A DNA stretch of 64,000 nucleotides, taken from positions 9,818 through 73,817 of the forward strand of contig JBGSQK010000071.1 in NCBI GenBank assembly GCA_041738135.1, written 5' to 3'. Both the position numbers and the translations under genes were made by a program. This DNA comes from Alphaproteobacteria bacterium. Lineage in GTDB: Bacteria; Pseudomonadota; Alphaproteobacteria; JAGOMX01. Under the pieces are notes generated by a model. The model worked only from the letters and a program-made list of their open reading frames with translations, ran no database searches and was not told the origin of the DNA. Below, piece by piece: positions 1 to 9,228 of the stretch; position 1 is the stretch's first letter, and each line of letters starts with the position of its first letter.

Positions 1-1
1 A

Positions 2-529
2 CTCGCGACTACACTACTTGCAGTTTCGTCTTTTCCCACAAATGCTAGCTTCACTTTTTTCGAAGAGGAAGAAGATAAAAGAGGCTCTTTAATGGACTTG
101 GATTCTGCGACCTTGTCTAATTCTGTAGAGAATCCCAGCAAGAAGAAAACAGTTAGATTCCAAGAACACTTACCCAAAAGATACGAAGCGTCCTACCCCA
201 GTAAAATGCATGATGGCGCTTTTGCTTATTCTCCCACTGATTCTGGCATAGCTCACTTGACGGTAGAGCCATACAAACCGAATAGACAGGCTACTCCAGT
301 GTTAGCGGATGAATATCCTTCTGTGGAGCAACAAACCAGTTTTGCAAGGGGACGTATGAATGATCCTATCGAATGGTTTGAAACCTATCGTTTGCTACAT
401 GGATGTAACCCACCAGGGGTTGCTAGCGAATATATCGAGGTGTTAAAGCAACGAAAATCTACCAACACATTAACACCTGAACTTCTGCCGCATTTTTGTC
501 AGCTGGCTTTGGATACAAAGAGTAATTGA
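2..529 (+). CDS. hypothetical protein, 5' end probably outside window
   Basis: The frame of ORF 92..529 stays open back to base 2 (LATTLLAVSSFPTNASFTFFEEEEDKRGSL-MDLD...), so the real start may lie upstream. No recognisable motif. Confidence 0.45.
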   Translation, partial: LATTLLAVSSFPTNASFTFFEEEEDKRGSLMDLDSATLSNSVENPSKKKTVRFQEHLPKRYEASYPSKMHDGAFAYSPTDSGIAHLTVEPYKPNRQATPVLADEYPSVEQQTSFARGRMNDPIEWFETYRLLHGCNPPGVASEYIEVLKQRKSTNTLTPELLPHFCQLALDTKSN

Positions 530-661
530 TTTCGGGCATTGGATTCATTTACGTCAACGGTTCAATAGCACTACCTTCAAGTTAAGGGGGATAAATACCC
601 CCAACTTCCGTCATTGCTGTGACGTGGGTGGGGTGTGGGGTCGACTTTATGACTCAATCGA

Positions 662-2044
662 CTAACCCTGAATACCCTGGTTACTAAGATGCTGTTTGAC
701 TTCTTTCAACAACCGTTCCAATCCTTCAGCCGTATCACTTTCAGCACGTGCCACTAAGACAGCCTGTGTGTTGGAGGCGCGTAGAAGCCACCAGCCGTCT
801 GGCGTTGTTACTCTCACGCCGTCTACCTGGATAAATTCTGTTCCAGCTTTGAACAAGTCTTGTTTAATTGCTTCCATACAGGGGAACTTTTTGTCATCCG
901 CACAGGCATAGAATATTTCAGGTGTTATGAATGTTTTGGGATAGGCATCCATCCATTGGGATAGTGTTTCTGCCTTCAAACTCAAGGCGCCCAACAGCCT
1001 TAAGGCAGCGTATAACCCGTCATCAAAGCCATAGTACCTATCAGCAAAGAACATGTGGCCACTCATTTCTCCGGCCAGAGGGCATTGAAGCTCTTTCATA
1101 CGTGACTTGATATATGAGTGTCCGGTTTTGGTGAGCTGCCCCTTTAACCCGATAAATTCTAGACGATCATATAGGACTTTACTGGACTTCACATCAGCGA
1201 GAATAGTTGCCCCAGGGTGCGTGATGGCTAGTTCTTCCGCATAGAATGCTAATAGCTGATCCCCTTGCAGAAACCTTCCTTTGCCATCTACAACGCCAAT
1301 TCGGTCACCATCCCCGTCAAAACCTATACCCAAGTCATAGGAATGGCTTATTACTGCCGCAGATAGCTGAGCCATGTTCTCTTCCACACTTGGATCAGGA
1401 TGATGATTAGGAAAACTGCCATCGGGTGTACCATTAATGATTATATGTTCACCTGGCAATCGCTTTACAAGCTTTCGCAAAATCTCACATGATGCACCGT
1501 TGCTTGGATCCCAAACGATTTTAAGAGACCGACCAGCTGCGTAGTTGCCTTCATAGTCGACCATCAGCTTTTCAATGTATGCATTCATTACATTGGTTTC
1601 GGTGAGAGTTCCTTGCCCTTTTATATAAGAGCCCTGGCTTGCTATGCGGCCTAGATTCTGGATGTCCTCACCAAAGTATGGACCGGATTTAAGACATATT
1701 TTGATGCCATTATATTCCCCTGGATTGTGGGAACCTGTGATCATCAAACCTGCATCTGTTTTCAGATACTTTTGCGCAAAATACAGCATGGGACTTGTGC
1801 CCATTCCAATTCGAGTGACGTCCATACCGCTTTGGAGTACCCCCTTCACGACTGCAGCCTCAATCTCCGGAGAGCTAGAACGCACGTCGTAAGCAACACA
1901 TACGGTTTCCCCTCCCCTGCTCTCTAAATCAGCTGCAAAAGCACTAGCGATCGCATACGCATCGTCTTCATTGAAGGTTACACCGTAAATTCCACGGATG
2001 TCATAAGCCCTTAGTATGGATGGATTTAAGTTTCGGGGATTCAT
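662..2044 (-). CDS. phosphomannomutase/phosphoglucomutase (alpha-D-phosphohexomutase family)
   Basis: 460 aa. Catalytic serine loop ITGSHNPGEYNGIK, metal loop GFDGDGDR, sugar loop GEMSGH. Full four-domain length. Confidence 0.9.
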   Translation of the reverse strand: MNPRNLNPSILRAYDIRGIYGVTFNEDDAYAIASAFAADLESRGGETVCVAYDVRSSSPEIEAAVVKGVLQSGMDVTRIGMGTSPMLYFAQKYLKTDAGLMITGSHNPGEYNGIKICLKSGPYFGEDIQNLGRIASQGSYIKGQGTLTETNVMNAYIEKLMVDYEGNYAAGRSLKIVWDPSNGASCEILRKLVKRLPGEHIIINGTPDGSFPNHHPDPSVEENMAQLSAAVISHSYDLGIGFDGDGDRIGVVDGKGRFLQGDQLLAFYAEELAITHPGATILADVKSSKVLYDRLEFIGLKGQLTKTGHSYIKSRMKELQCPLAGEMSGHMFFADRYYGFDDGLYAALRLLGALSLKAETLSQWMDAYPKTFITPEIFYACADDKKFPCMEAIKQDLFKAGTEFIQVDGVRVTTPDGWWLLRASNTQAVLVARAESDTAEGLERLLKEVKQHLSNQGIQG

Positions 2045-2047
2045 ATG

Positions 2048-2680
2048 CTATAGCTTAAATATGGGCAAATGAGCTGTTTTGAATAACGAAACACCGTCAA
2101 ATTCTTGCACATCATCACCTTCGGTAGCCATGCAAGCATATGCCAAGACCTTGCAGCTGGAGTAAGCTATAAGCTCTTTTACCGCCCTAAAAGTTGAGCC
2201 AGAAGACAAAACATCATCGAATAAGAGTACATTTTTTCCTTGAATGCGATCGTGTTGGTCTTTACGTAAGTTAATTTTTTTCTTGGATGGGCTGGTTATG
2301 GATTGATATTCAACAGAATTAACCACTTCCCCTTTGTTTGCTCCACGTACGATGCAAACCTCCAGTTCCGGTTTTTGCATTTTGAGATAGCTAACCAATA
2401 GACCGGCCATCATATTGCCGCCATCTCCAGGCACGACTATTGTATGCAGGTCCACAAATAGTTTGGATGCCATAATAGATTTTGACAAGATTTCAGCGGT
2501 AGCCTGAGCCATGTGGAAATTGTCGCTCACGTCGTAAAGAAAGACGATACCAACTGCACTGTTAGCTGCGGCTGGCTTGACTGGATAACTTTTCTTAAAG
2601 TTTCCAATTTGGAGCAGGTGTTCGTCTGATGCGAAAGTTTGGCTGGTTAGGAGAAGGAAAAGTACTAAGAAATAGCGCAT
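2048..2680 (-). CDS. type I phosphoribosyltransferase-domain protein with N-terminal signal peptide
   Basis: 210 aa. Signal-like N-terminus MRYFLVLFLLLTSQTFA. PRPP-binding loop NVLLFDDVLSSGSTF. Stop is 3 nt upstream of the phosphohexomutase start, so likely co-transcribed. Confidence 0.6.
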   Translation of the reverse strand: MRYFLVLFLLLTSQTFASDEHLLQIGNFKKSYPVKPAAANSAVGIVFLYDVSDNFHMAQATAEILSKSIMASKLFVDLHTIVVPGDGGNMMAGLLVSYLKMQKPELEVCIVRGANKGEVVNSVEYQSITSPSKKKINLRKDQHDRIQGKNVLLFDDVLSSGSTFRAVKELIAYSSCKVLAYACMATEGDDVQEFDGVSLFKTAHLPIFKL

Positions 2681-2775
2681 TTTGTTGACCTTTCAATATG
2701 TGATTGAATGAACTCAAGGGTAAACCTAGCAGTCTCATGGGACGTGGTCTAGCTATTTTTGTTGGTTTAATCTAC

Positions 2776-3663
2776 TTAATGTAAAGCATTATTTTCCAGT
2801 TTCGCTGCACCATAGGTAGCCAAACGCTTTAGTTTCTCGGATGCGCTCGACAATAATTGTGATGTCTGATTACCCTCCAACTCATCTTTATCCAAAAGAA
2901 ACCAACCTTTACGGGTTTTAATCCATTCATAGCCAAATTTACAAGGATCATCGATCAGATAGACTTCTCGATCCTCCAAACGCTTCGAATAAAAGGCATC
3001 GTAAGGCGCGTACCTCCCCAAAACAAAGGTTTGGGCAGAATCTGTCAACCTCCTCCATTCCAATGCATATCCTGAGATATAGAACATTTTCAGGCTAACC
3101 CGCAAACTGGTTTCAGCAAGTGTATTAAAGACGTTATGGCTGAATGCATTTTCATCAGGGGAGTTGGCAATACAAAGATGCTGTAGACGAACATATCGAT
3201 CAGACAAGAACATGGCAATCAGTCCTTCATCGGTCAGGTTATTCATAGTCAGATTCAATGAAATCAGATGTTTCGGCAAATCACCAAGGGTTAATATTTT
3301 CAACATGGTATCATTAAGGCCACATAAAGATAATTTTAAATGCCTAAGTTTTGTAAAATCCTGCAAATCCTCCATGTCACGAAAATCCAACGGACCGCAA
3401 TCTATTAAACAAAGCATGGTAATGGATGGATGCTTCTTAGCCAACAAAGGGATCAATTTAGTAACGGGATAGCCTTCGATCCTAACCATAAAATTATTGT
3501 AGACATAAGCAAGTTCTACCTGATCGCCATTAGAATAAATTCGGTCTAGGGGCACATGCTGGAATTCTTCAAATTCCAACTGGTCGTCAGCGCGGGGTGT
3601 GCTTGCTGTTGAATACGAATAGAGCAAAAAATTAAGTATCGTAAATAGTTTTATATACTTCAT
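2776..3663 (-). CDS. secreted leucine-rich-repeat protein (RNI/FBXL-like LRR)
   Basis: 295 aa. Signal peptide MKYIKLFTILNFLLYSYSTA. Repeats LRHLKLSLCGLNDTMLKIL, LISLNLTMNNLTDEGLIAM, LQHLCIANSP. Confidence 0.6.
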   Translation of the reverse strand: MKYIKLFTILNFLLYSYSTASTPRADDQLEFEEFQHVPLDRIYSNGDQVELAYVYNNFMVRIEGYPVTKLIPLLAKKHPSITMLCLIDCGPLDFRDMEDLQDFTKLRHLKLSLCGLNDTMLKILTLGDLPKHLISLNLTMNNLTDEGLIAMFLSDRYVRLQHLCIANSPDENAFSHNVFNTLAETSLRVSLKMFYISGYALEWRRLTDSAQTFVLGRYAPYDAFYSKRLEDREVYLIDDPCKFGYEWIKTRKGWFLLDKDELEGNQTSQLLSSASEKLKRLATYGAAKLENNALH

Positions 3664-3822
3664 GACTAGACCTATCCATTGTTGCTTATAGGATTCTACA
3701 GGAACTTAAAGCAATAATCACCTTGATTATATTTCTTAGAAATGACACAGTATTAGGCAATAAAAATTGCTGTTTTATCTCTTAAATTAAAAATAACTTA
3801 ATATGAGGTTGAATCTAATATA

Positions 3823-5127
3823 ATGTTTAAGCTAGCACCCCTATTTGCCCTTCTATGCATTCTTTCTTCTTTCTTTTTTTGCGACTGCAAAGCAAATGAG
3901 AAAAAAAGTAAAAATGTAATCATTATGATTCATAACGAAACGGTTTATTGCAAAGGATTTTTTGAATTTTATAAAACGCTTAAAGATAGGGGGCATAATG
4001 TCAAAGTTATAGCTGTGCCATATTTAAATAAACAAAATGAACCAACAGTCGATATGGATATTGAATTTTCAAAAAAATTTAACGCGTCCGATATTCAATA
4101 TCCTTGCGGAATGCAGAAACCTTATAAAAGTTGTAATAAACTGGACATTGAAAAGGCTGACTATGTGATAGTGGGAAATCCATACAACACAACAAAATCA
4201 GCTCTGCACCCCAACTACACAATGGAAGGCCTCAGGCAACTGGGCAACAAAGTGATTTACTTTGTATATGGTCCACACTTATTTCATGGCTTGGGAAATT
4301 CTAATTCTGATGAATTACGAAATTTAGTGGATATCGCTATGGTGGATTCAGAGAGCACAAGGAAATTATTTATTGAGCAAATGAAATTCAATCCCGAAAA
4401 TGTCGTTGTTTCCGGTTATCAGAACTATAAAAATGTGCGAGAGAAAACGAAAAAATTCAAAAAGGACAAACAATTTAAAGAGACAATTTTATGGCTGCCT
4501 AGATGGTCACTAACAACCCGAAACAGAGAAAAATTCGAAGGTGGCTCTACCTTTTTAAATTATTACCACTTTATATGTAATTATGCGGAAGATAACCCAG
4601 ATATTCGAATAATCATTCGTCCTCATGTGTTTTTATTCACACAGAGTATTAAAGATGGATTTTTATCGCAAAGAGATGTTGATCAGATTATACAAAAGTT
4701 TAGATCAATTAAGAACATAGTTTATTCCGAGCAAATACATACGAACCTTGAAGATGATGTTATAGAAGCAGATATAGTCATTAGCGATGGATCATCAGCT
4801 TTAGGGGAAGTTGTTGTCGCAGACAAACCAATTATCTATCTAAGTAACGGATGGGATAACGAATTTAATAGCAACGATTTAGGCAAAGAATTTAAGAGCT
4901 TTATTTATTTAGCACACGAACCAGATGAAATCATAAGGCATATCAATTTCATAAGAAAAACTAATTACACGCCATTTGCAAAGCCAAACTTATTTCTTGG
5001 TAAAACACTAAATAAACTGGGAATAAGCAATTGGAATGAGGATCCTAAGCGGGTTGAATTTAAAAATAAATTAGATCCTATCGAAAACCCGGCAATATAC
5101 TTAGCTGAATATATTGAAACACATTAG
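3823..5127 (+). CDS. putative CDP-glycerol glycerophosphotransferase-like (TagB/TagF family) protein, AT-rich
   Basis: 434 aa with N-terminal hydrophobic anchor. ILWLPRW, IIIRPHV and ADIVISDGSSALGEVVVADKPIIYL resemble TagF-family motifs (ILYAPTWR, KpHP, LITDYSS...kPiiff). The match is from memory, not searched. Confidence 0.45.
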   Translation: MFKLAPLFALLCILSSFFFCDCKANEKKSKNVIIMIHNETVYCKGFFEFYKTLKDRGHNVKVIAVPYLNKQNEPTVDMDIEFSKKFNASDIQYPCGMQKPYKSCNKLDIEKADYVIVGNPYNTTKSALHPNYTMEGLRQLGNKVIYFVYGPHLFHGLGNSNSDELRNLVDIAMVDSESTRKLFIEQMKFNPENVVVSGYQNYKNVREKTKKFKKDKQFKETILWLPRWSLTTRNREKFEGGSTFLNYYHFICNYAEDNPDIRIIIRPHVFLFTQSIKDGFLSQRDVDQIIQKFRSIKNIVYSEQIHTNLEDDVIEADIVISDGSSALGEVVVADKPIIYLSNGWDNEFNSNDLGKEFKSFIYLAHEPDEIIRHINFIRKTNYTPFAKPNLFLGKTLNKLGISNWNEDPKRVEFKNKLDPIENPAIYLAEYIETH

Positions 5128-5283
5128 AAATAAGGATAAAATACTCTTTCTATGTTCTCACACTCCATTAACACCTTCGCAACCGTCTGTTAATATCCTT
5201 GAGCTATACTCGTGAGATCCTTGGCTGATGCGACAAATGTATCGTGACAGCGTCAAGGAACCAAACCCTAACAGGAGATCATC

Positions 5284-5487
5284 ATGAGTAATGAGCGTTG
5301 GGCCGTTATTGATTGCGGCAAGTATCCAAGTGAAAAAAATTGTCAGTTAAAAATGTCTGTACCAGAGAGTCACCTAGAAGAATTGATTGAAGCCAGTGCT
5401 TCTCATGCAGTTTCTGCGCATGGTCATGAAGACAGTCCAGAATTACGCAGCTTGCTTCGTCAAGGCGTGCAGTTTGAGTCTGCATAA
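5284..5487 (+). CDS. small DUF1059-like protein
   Basis: 67 aa. The pattern C-G...C followed by a helix ending SHAVSAHGH resembles DUF1059 small metal-binding proteins. Confidence 0.45.
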   Translation: MSNERWAVIDCGKYPSEKNCQLKMSVPESHLEELIEASASHAVSAHGHEDSPELRSLLRQGVQFESA

Positions 5488-5526
5488 ATCATGTGACTGC
5501 CCCTGTCCATTTGGATGGGGGTGGTG

Positions 5527-5997
5527 TTATTTATTTATATTTACGGGCCAATCCTTTCTTATTTCACTAAGTGCTTCTCGTACACTCTTTCCCGCAACTA
5601 GGGGGGTGGCTCTTAGTAGTTCCAGGTCAGGCATCTGATTCAGGAATTCTCTTATGGCTTTAAAAGTAAGACCCTTACAATAATCTAAATATAGCTCTTT
5701 AAGATTGGGACGTAGAATAGTTATTTGTGGTAAAAGGGCATCTGTTATATTGTTGCAGCCAGATAGATCTAATGAGTCAAAGATTTCATTGCTTTTTAGA
5801 AGTGCTATGACAACTTCATCCGTTATGGGAGTATCCATAAGCACGCAGCCGTCTTCTTCTTCTAATAAATGGTATGCTGATGCGTTTTGTTGTTCAGATA
5901 GGCTATAACTTAAGTCATCTGGAGTTCCTTGACTGGCCAGTGATTGGCTTATGATACAACAGGTCAGAATAGCGGTTGATAAAGTTTTATGTAACAT
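5527..5997 (-). CDS. secreted cysteine-containing LRR protein (FBXL/AMN1-like)
   Basis: 156 aa. Signal peptide MLHKTLSTAILTCCIISQSLA. LDLSGCNNITDALLPQI and LKELYLDYCKGLTFKAIREFL are typical LRR_CC repeats. Confidence 0.6.
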   Translation of the reverse strand: MLHKTLSTAILTCCIISQSLASQGTPDDLSYSLSEQQNASAYHLLEEEDGCVLMDTPITDEVVIALLKSNEIFDSLDLSGCNNITDALLPQITILRPNLKELYLDYCKGLTFKAIREFLNQMPDLELLRATPLVAGKSVREALSEIRKDWPVNINK

Positions 5998-6043
5998 TTT
6001 AATATCCTTAATATATGAGTTTCAAGAAAAAAACGACCCACAT

Positions 6044-6160
6044 CCGTCATTGCGAGCCCCTCTTGGGGCGTGGCAATCTACTTTTTTAGCTGCAAAAAAA
6101 ATATTATAAACGGCGACTCCACAGTGGATTGCCGCGCCCCAAGGGGGTTCGCAATGACGG
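6044..6160. repeat. palindromic MITE/REP-like element, family A copy 1
   Basis: Arms CCGTCATTGCGAGCCCCTCTTGGGGCGTGGCAATC ... GATTGCCGCGCCCCAAGGGGGTTCGCAATGACGG. Same arms recur at 23358, 29354 and 39754. Confidence 0.85.
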
Positions 6161-6221
6161 TAGCTGGTGCATTTCTAAAATTTCGCATACCATTTTATTG
6201 CTGAGTAATACTATACGAAAC

Positions 6222-7655
6222 CTAAACCTGCAACATACGTTGCAAAATCTCTACGTCTTCGGCTACGCCGTGTTCGGTTTCCATCAGTTCGGCTACCTTT
6301 TTGACAGCGTGCATAACGGTTGTATGATCGCGTCCGCCGAATTTGCGGCCGATTTCGGGTAGCGAATTGGTGGTGAACTGTTTGGCCAGGTACATGGCTA
6401 TTTGTCTTGGTCTAGCGATGGTACGCAAGCGTTTGGTGGATTGCATATCGGCTAGGCGAAGGTTGAAGTGCTCGGCTACTTTGCGTTGGATGTCGTCTAC
6501 ACTTACTCGGCGGTCGTTGGCGCGAAGCAAGTCGCGCAAGACGTCTTGTGCCATGTCGATGGTGACTTCACGGCCTACGAGCATACTATGCGCGACAATA
6601 CGATTGAGGGCGCCTTCTAGCTCACGTACGTTGGATACGATCTTGTGGGCCAGGAATTCTAGGACTTTATCTGGCATGGAGACCTTCATGTGGTCTGCCT
6701 TAGCTTGTAGGATGCCAAGGCGCAGCTCGTATGTGGTAGGGTGAATATCTGCAACCAAACCCCAGCCAAGTCTTGAGCGCAAGCGCTCTTCCATGCCTTC
6801 TAGATCGGAAGGAGACTTGTCTGCGGATACAATCACTTGGCGGTTTTGATCCACCAAGGCATTAAACGTATGGAAGAATTCTTCTTGTGTTGAGTCTTTA
6901 CCGCTAATGAACTGTACATCATCAATCATAAGTACGTCGACGGACCGGAATTGGTCTTTAAAAGCCACCGTATCCCTGAACCGTAAGGCGCGGATGAATT
7001 GATACATGAACTTTTCGGCTGATATGTAGATAACTTTCCGCTTGGGGTGGCATTTTTTAATGTGCCAAGCGATGGCGTGCATCAGGTGCGTTTTACCTAA
7101 ACCTACGCCGCCATAGAGGAAGAGCGGATTAAAGCTGACGTTCTCAGCCTCAGCAACCCTGAGGGCTGCGGCGTGGGCGAGTTCGTTTGGCTTGCCTACC
7201 ACGAAGTTCTCAAATGTGTATCTGGCATCCAAAGATGCACTGACTTTTTCAAGGAAATTAGGTGAATTGGGGTCGGGCCCTTCGGATGAATAAGGCACAT
7301 CCTTTTCAATGGGCTTAATATGTGCAACAGCGGCCTCGGCTTCATTACGTGCGGGCGCATTGGCAACAATGATTTCTACGGCAAAGATCTTAGGGTTTTC
7401 TTCGCGGCAACATTGAAAAATTTGGGAGAGATAGTTTGTGTTGACCCAGTCACGCATGAAACGGGTCTGGATACCTAAAACAAGCGTGCCTGCATCCAGA
7501 TTTACGGCGAATAAAGGTTCTATCCAGCTTTTGAATGTGCCTTCTGGTAGGTTTTGGCTGAGTCGTGCTTGTGCACGCGCCCAATCCTCTGCATATGACA
7601 TATGCACAGTCTGTGATGACGCTTGTTCTTCTTTTTTTTGTGCGACAACAGTCAT
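6222..7655 (-). CDS. dnaA: chromosomal replication initiator DnaA
   Basis: 477 aa. Walker A GGVGLGKTHLMHAI, DnaA signature and C-terminal DNA-binding helix (IGRKFGGRDHTTVMHA). Confidence 0.97.
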   Translation of the reverse strand: MTVVAQKKEEQASSQTVHMSYAEDWARAQARLSQNLPEGTFKSWIEPLFAVNLDAGTLVLGIQTRFMRDWVNTNYLSQIFQCCREENPKIFAVEIIVANAPARNEAEAAVAHIKPIEKDVPYSSEGPDPNSPNFLEKVSASLDARYTFENFVVGKPNELAHAAALRVAEAENVSFNPLFLYGGVGLGKTHLMHAIAWHIKKCHPKRKVIYISAEKFMYQFIRALRFRDTVAFKDQFRSVDVLMIDDVQFISGKDSTQEEFFHTFNALVDQNRQVIVSADKSPSDLEGMEERLRSRLGWGLVADIHPTTYELRLGILQAKADHMKVSMPDKVLEFLAHKIVSNVRELEGALNRIVAHSMLVGREVTIDMAQDVLRDLLRANDRRVSVDDIQRKVAEHFNLRLADMQSTKRLRTIARPRQIAMYLAKQFTTNSLPEIGRKFGGRDHTTVMHAVKKVAELMETEHGVAEDVEILQRMLQV

Positions 7656-7790
7656 GCTTCAGCCCTTCAGACAAAGACCACCCATCTCAAATGCAAACCC
7701 TATAGGGAATACAATTCGAGTTGATCAAATAACACCCCAGCTTTGATACAAAGATCAAAACCAGGACGTTATCTTAATTCAGTTCGGGAA

Positions 7791-8057
7791 TTAACCCTGT
7801 ATTGATTTAATTCTCGCAGAAATGCGAGAAAGTTTGCGAGACGCTGTATTTACGTGAAACAAATTGCGACGTACGCCGCGCATTAGTTCAGATTGCATCT
7901 CACGAAAACGCGCTTGCGCATCCGTTTTATTACCGCCTAGAATAGCTTCTTCCACATAACGAATATGTGTACGAATGCGTGACATGCGTGCCTTATTCAT
8001 TATGGTGCGCTTTTCAGCTTGTCTATTACTTTTTAGTGCCGATTTATGGTTAGCCAT
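7791..8057 (-). CDS. rpsT: 30S ribosomal protein S20
   Basis: MANHKSALKSNRQAEKR... The ATG at 8057 is preferred over the TTG-extended track start at 8066. The rpsT-dnaA order is typical of alphaproteobacteria. Confidence 0.93.
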   Translation of the reverse strand: MANHKSALKSNRQAEKRTIMNKARMSRIRTHIRYVEEAILGGNKTDAQARFREMQSELMRGVRRNLFHVNTASRKLSRISARIKSIQG

Positions 8058-8151
8058 GTGTTTCAACTCACCTTGTTAACAATTCAATAGACTAGTTTAT
8101 ACACCAGGTTGTGGCGCAGCGTCAATTGAAATTAGACGCCTTCTTTCAATA

Positions 8152-9018
8152 TCATGCTAATTTACGTCCCAACATGTTCTCAAGAACTCTAATTGGGGCA
8201 TGTTCAGGATATTTCATGCCTTCTACGGGTAGGTAAAAGGTTTGCTCCATGACGTATTGACCGCCCATTGCCGCATGGGATACAAGGTCTGTGTAGACAA
8301 TCCAGGTGGTGGCTGGCGGGAAGTGAAACTCCCCCTGCTCTACTTGTTGCTGGTAATCCACGTTGGCTTTCATGCGATTGTGCATCTGTAGCATGTAGTG
8401 ATCATAGTCGCTGCGGATCTTTTTCGTGACCCCGAGAGTTTTCAGCAGCTTATGTTTTCCCCAAAATGGTTTGGAGATCTTACGTATAAATGTTTTGGCT
8501 ACACTGGGGAATGACTCACCAATGCGCCAATGACGACCCTGGTTGTTGGGATTTATATTGCTAAAAACACGTAAGATACGCTTGCCATGGTTAGGATTGG
8601 AGGTGAATGCATCCACATGCAAACGGGTGTCGTCCTTGCGGTATGAGCTTTCACGTCCTTGAATTTCCACAGGGCGATAGCTGGTTTTACCGAGCTCGTA
8701 ATGGTTTGTATATTGTGGGAATAAGGATTGGATCAGATTTTTAGAGAAATCCACGTAGCGCTGCATCATCTGAGCCATCATGGCCTCTACCTCAGGTGCG
8801 GCATCGATGCCTCGCAATAGGTTTTGATCTGGGAGATAGCTTATGTTTTTCACACTGGGCTTAAGGAAATCGGGGGATAAAAGCACAGCCTCAGCCTGAG
8901 CAAGGGGAAAAGGTAGTTGCGGTAGATAAACCACTGAACCTGTTTCCAGGGCTGCTATAGCGCCATCACAGGTGGTGTTATCAAAGGTAGTATTTTGAAG
9001 AGTGTGTATGAGGCGCAT
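8152..9018 (-). CDS. kdoO: Kdo hydroxylase-like Fe(II)/2-oxoglutarate dioxygenase (KdoO family)
   Basis: 288 aa. [32 protein letters not shown] and the C-terminal YLP...[13 protein letters not shown] match my recollection of KdoO/DUF2843 proteins. Confidence 0.6.
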   Translation of the reverse strand: MRLIHTLQNTTFDNTTCDGAIAALETGSVVYLPQLPFPLAQAEAVLLSPDFLKPSVKNISYLPDQNLLRGIDAAPEVEAMMAQMMQRYVDFSKNLIQSLFPQYTNHYELGKTSYRPVEIQGRESSYRKDDTRLHVDAFTSNPNHGKRILRVFSNINPNNQGRHWRIGESFPSVAKTFIRKISKPFWGKHKLLKTLGVTKKIRSDYDHYMLQMHNRMKANVDYQQQVEQGEFHFPPATTWIVYTDLVSHAAMGGQYVMEQTFYLPVEGMKYPEHAPIRVLENMLGRKLA

Positions 9019-9039
9019 TGGTCACCTATTTTAAAAAAG

Positions 9040-9116
9040 TGGCGCACCCGAGGGGATTCGAACCTCTGGCCTTTGCCTCCGGAGGGCAACGCTCTATCCA
9101 GCTGAGCTACGGGTGC
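9040..9116 (-). tRNA. tRNA-Arg (anticodon CCG)
   Basis: Reverse complement reads GCACCCGTAGCTCAGCTGGATAGAGCGTTGCCCTCCGGAGGCAAAGGCCAGAGGTTCGAATCCCCTCGGGTGCGCCA. It is a 77-nt cloverleaf with anticodon loop CTCCGGA and an encoded CCA. Confidence 0.95.
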
Positions 9117-9228
9117 AATCGAGATGACTTATACCCTATTTTAATTGAGATGCAAAGAAGAGAGTTCAGCTTGCTTCATTGACTCTCATGGCTTACTGAG
9201 GCATTATTAAATAAAGGAGCAATTTATA

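Noticed and set aside
7656-8151. DnaA boxes or oriC around the rpsT-dnaA locus
   Set aside because: I found no TTATCCACA/TGTGGATAA-like 9-mers in the rpsT-dnaA spacer or upstream of rpsT. Alphaproteobacterial origins usually lie near hemE rather than dnaA.
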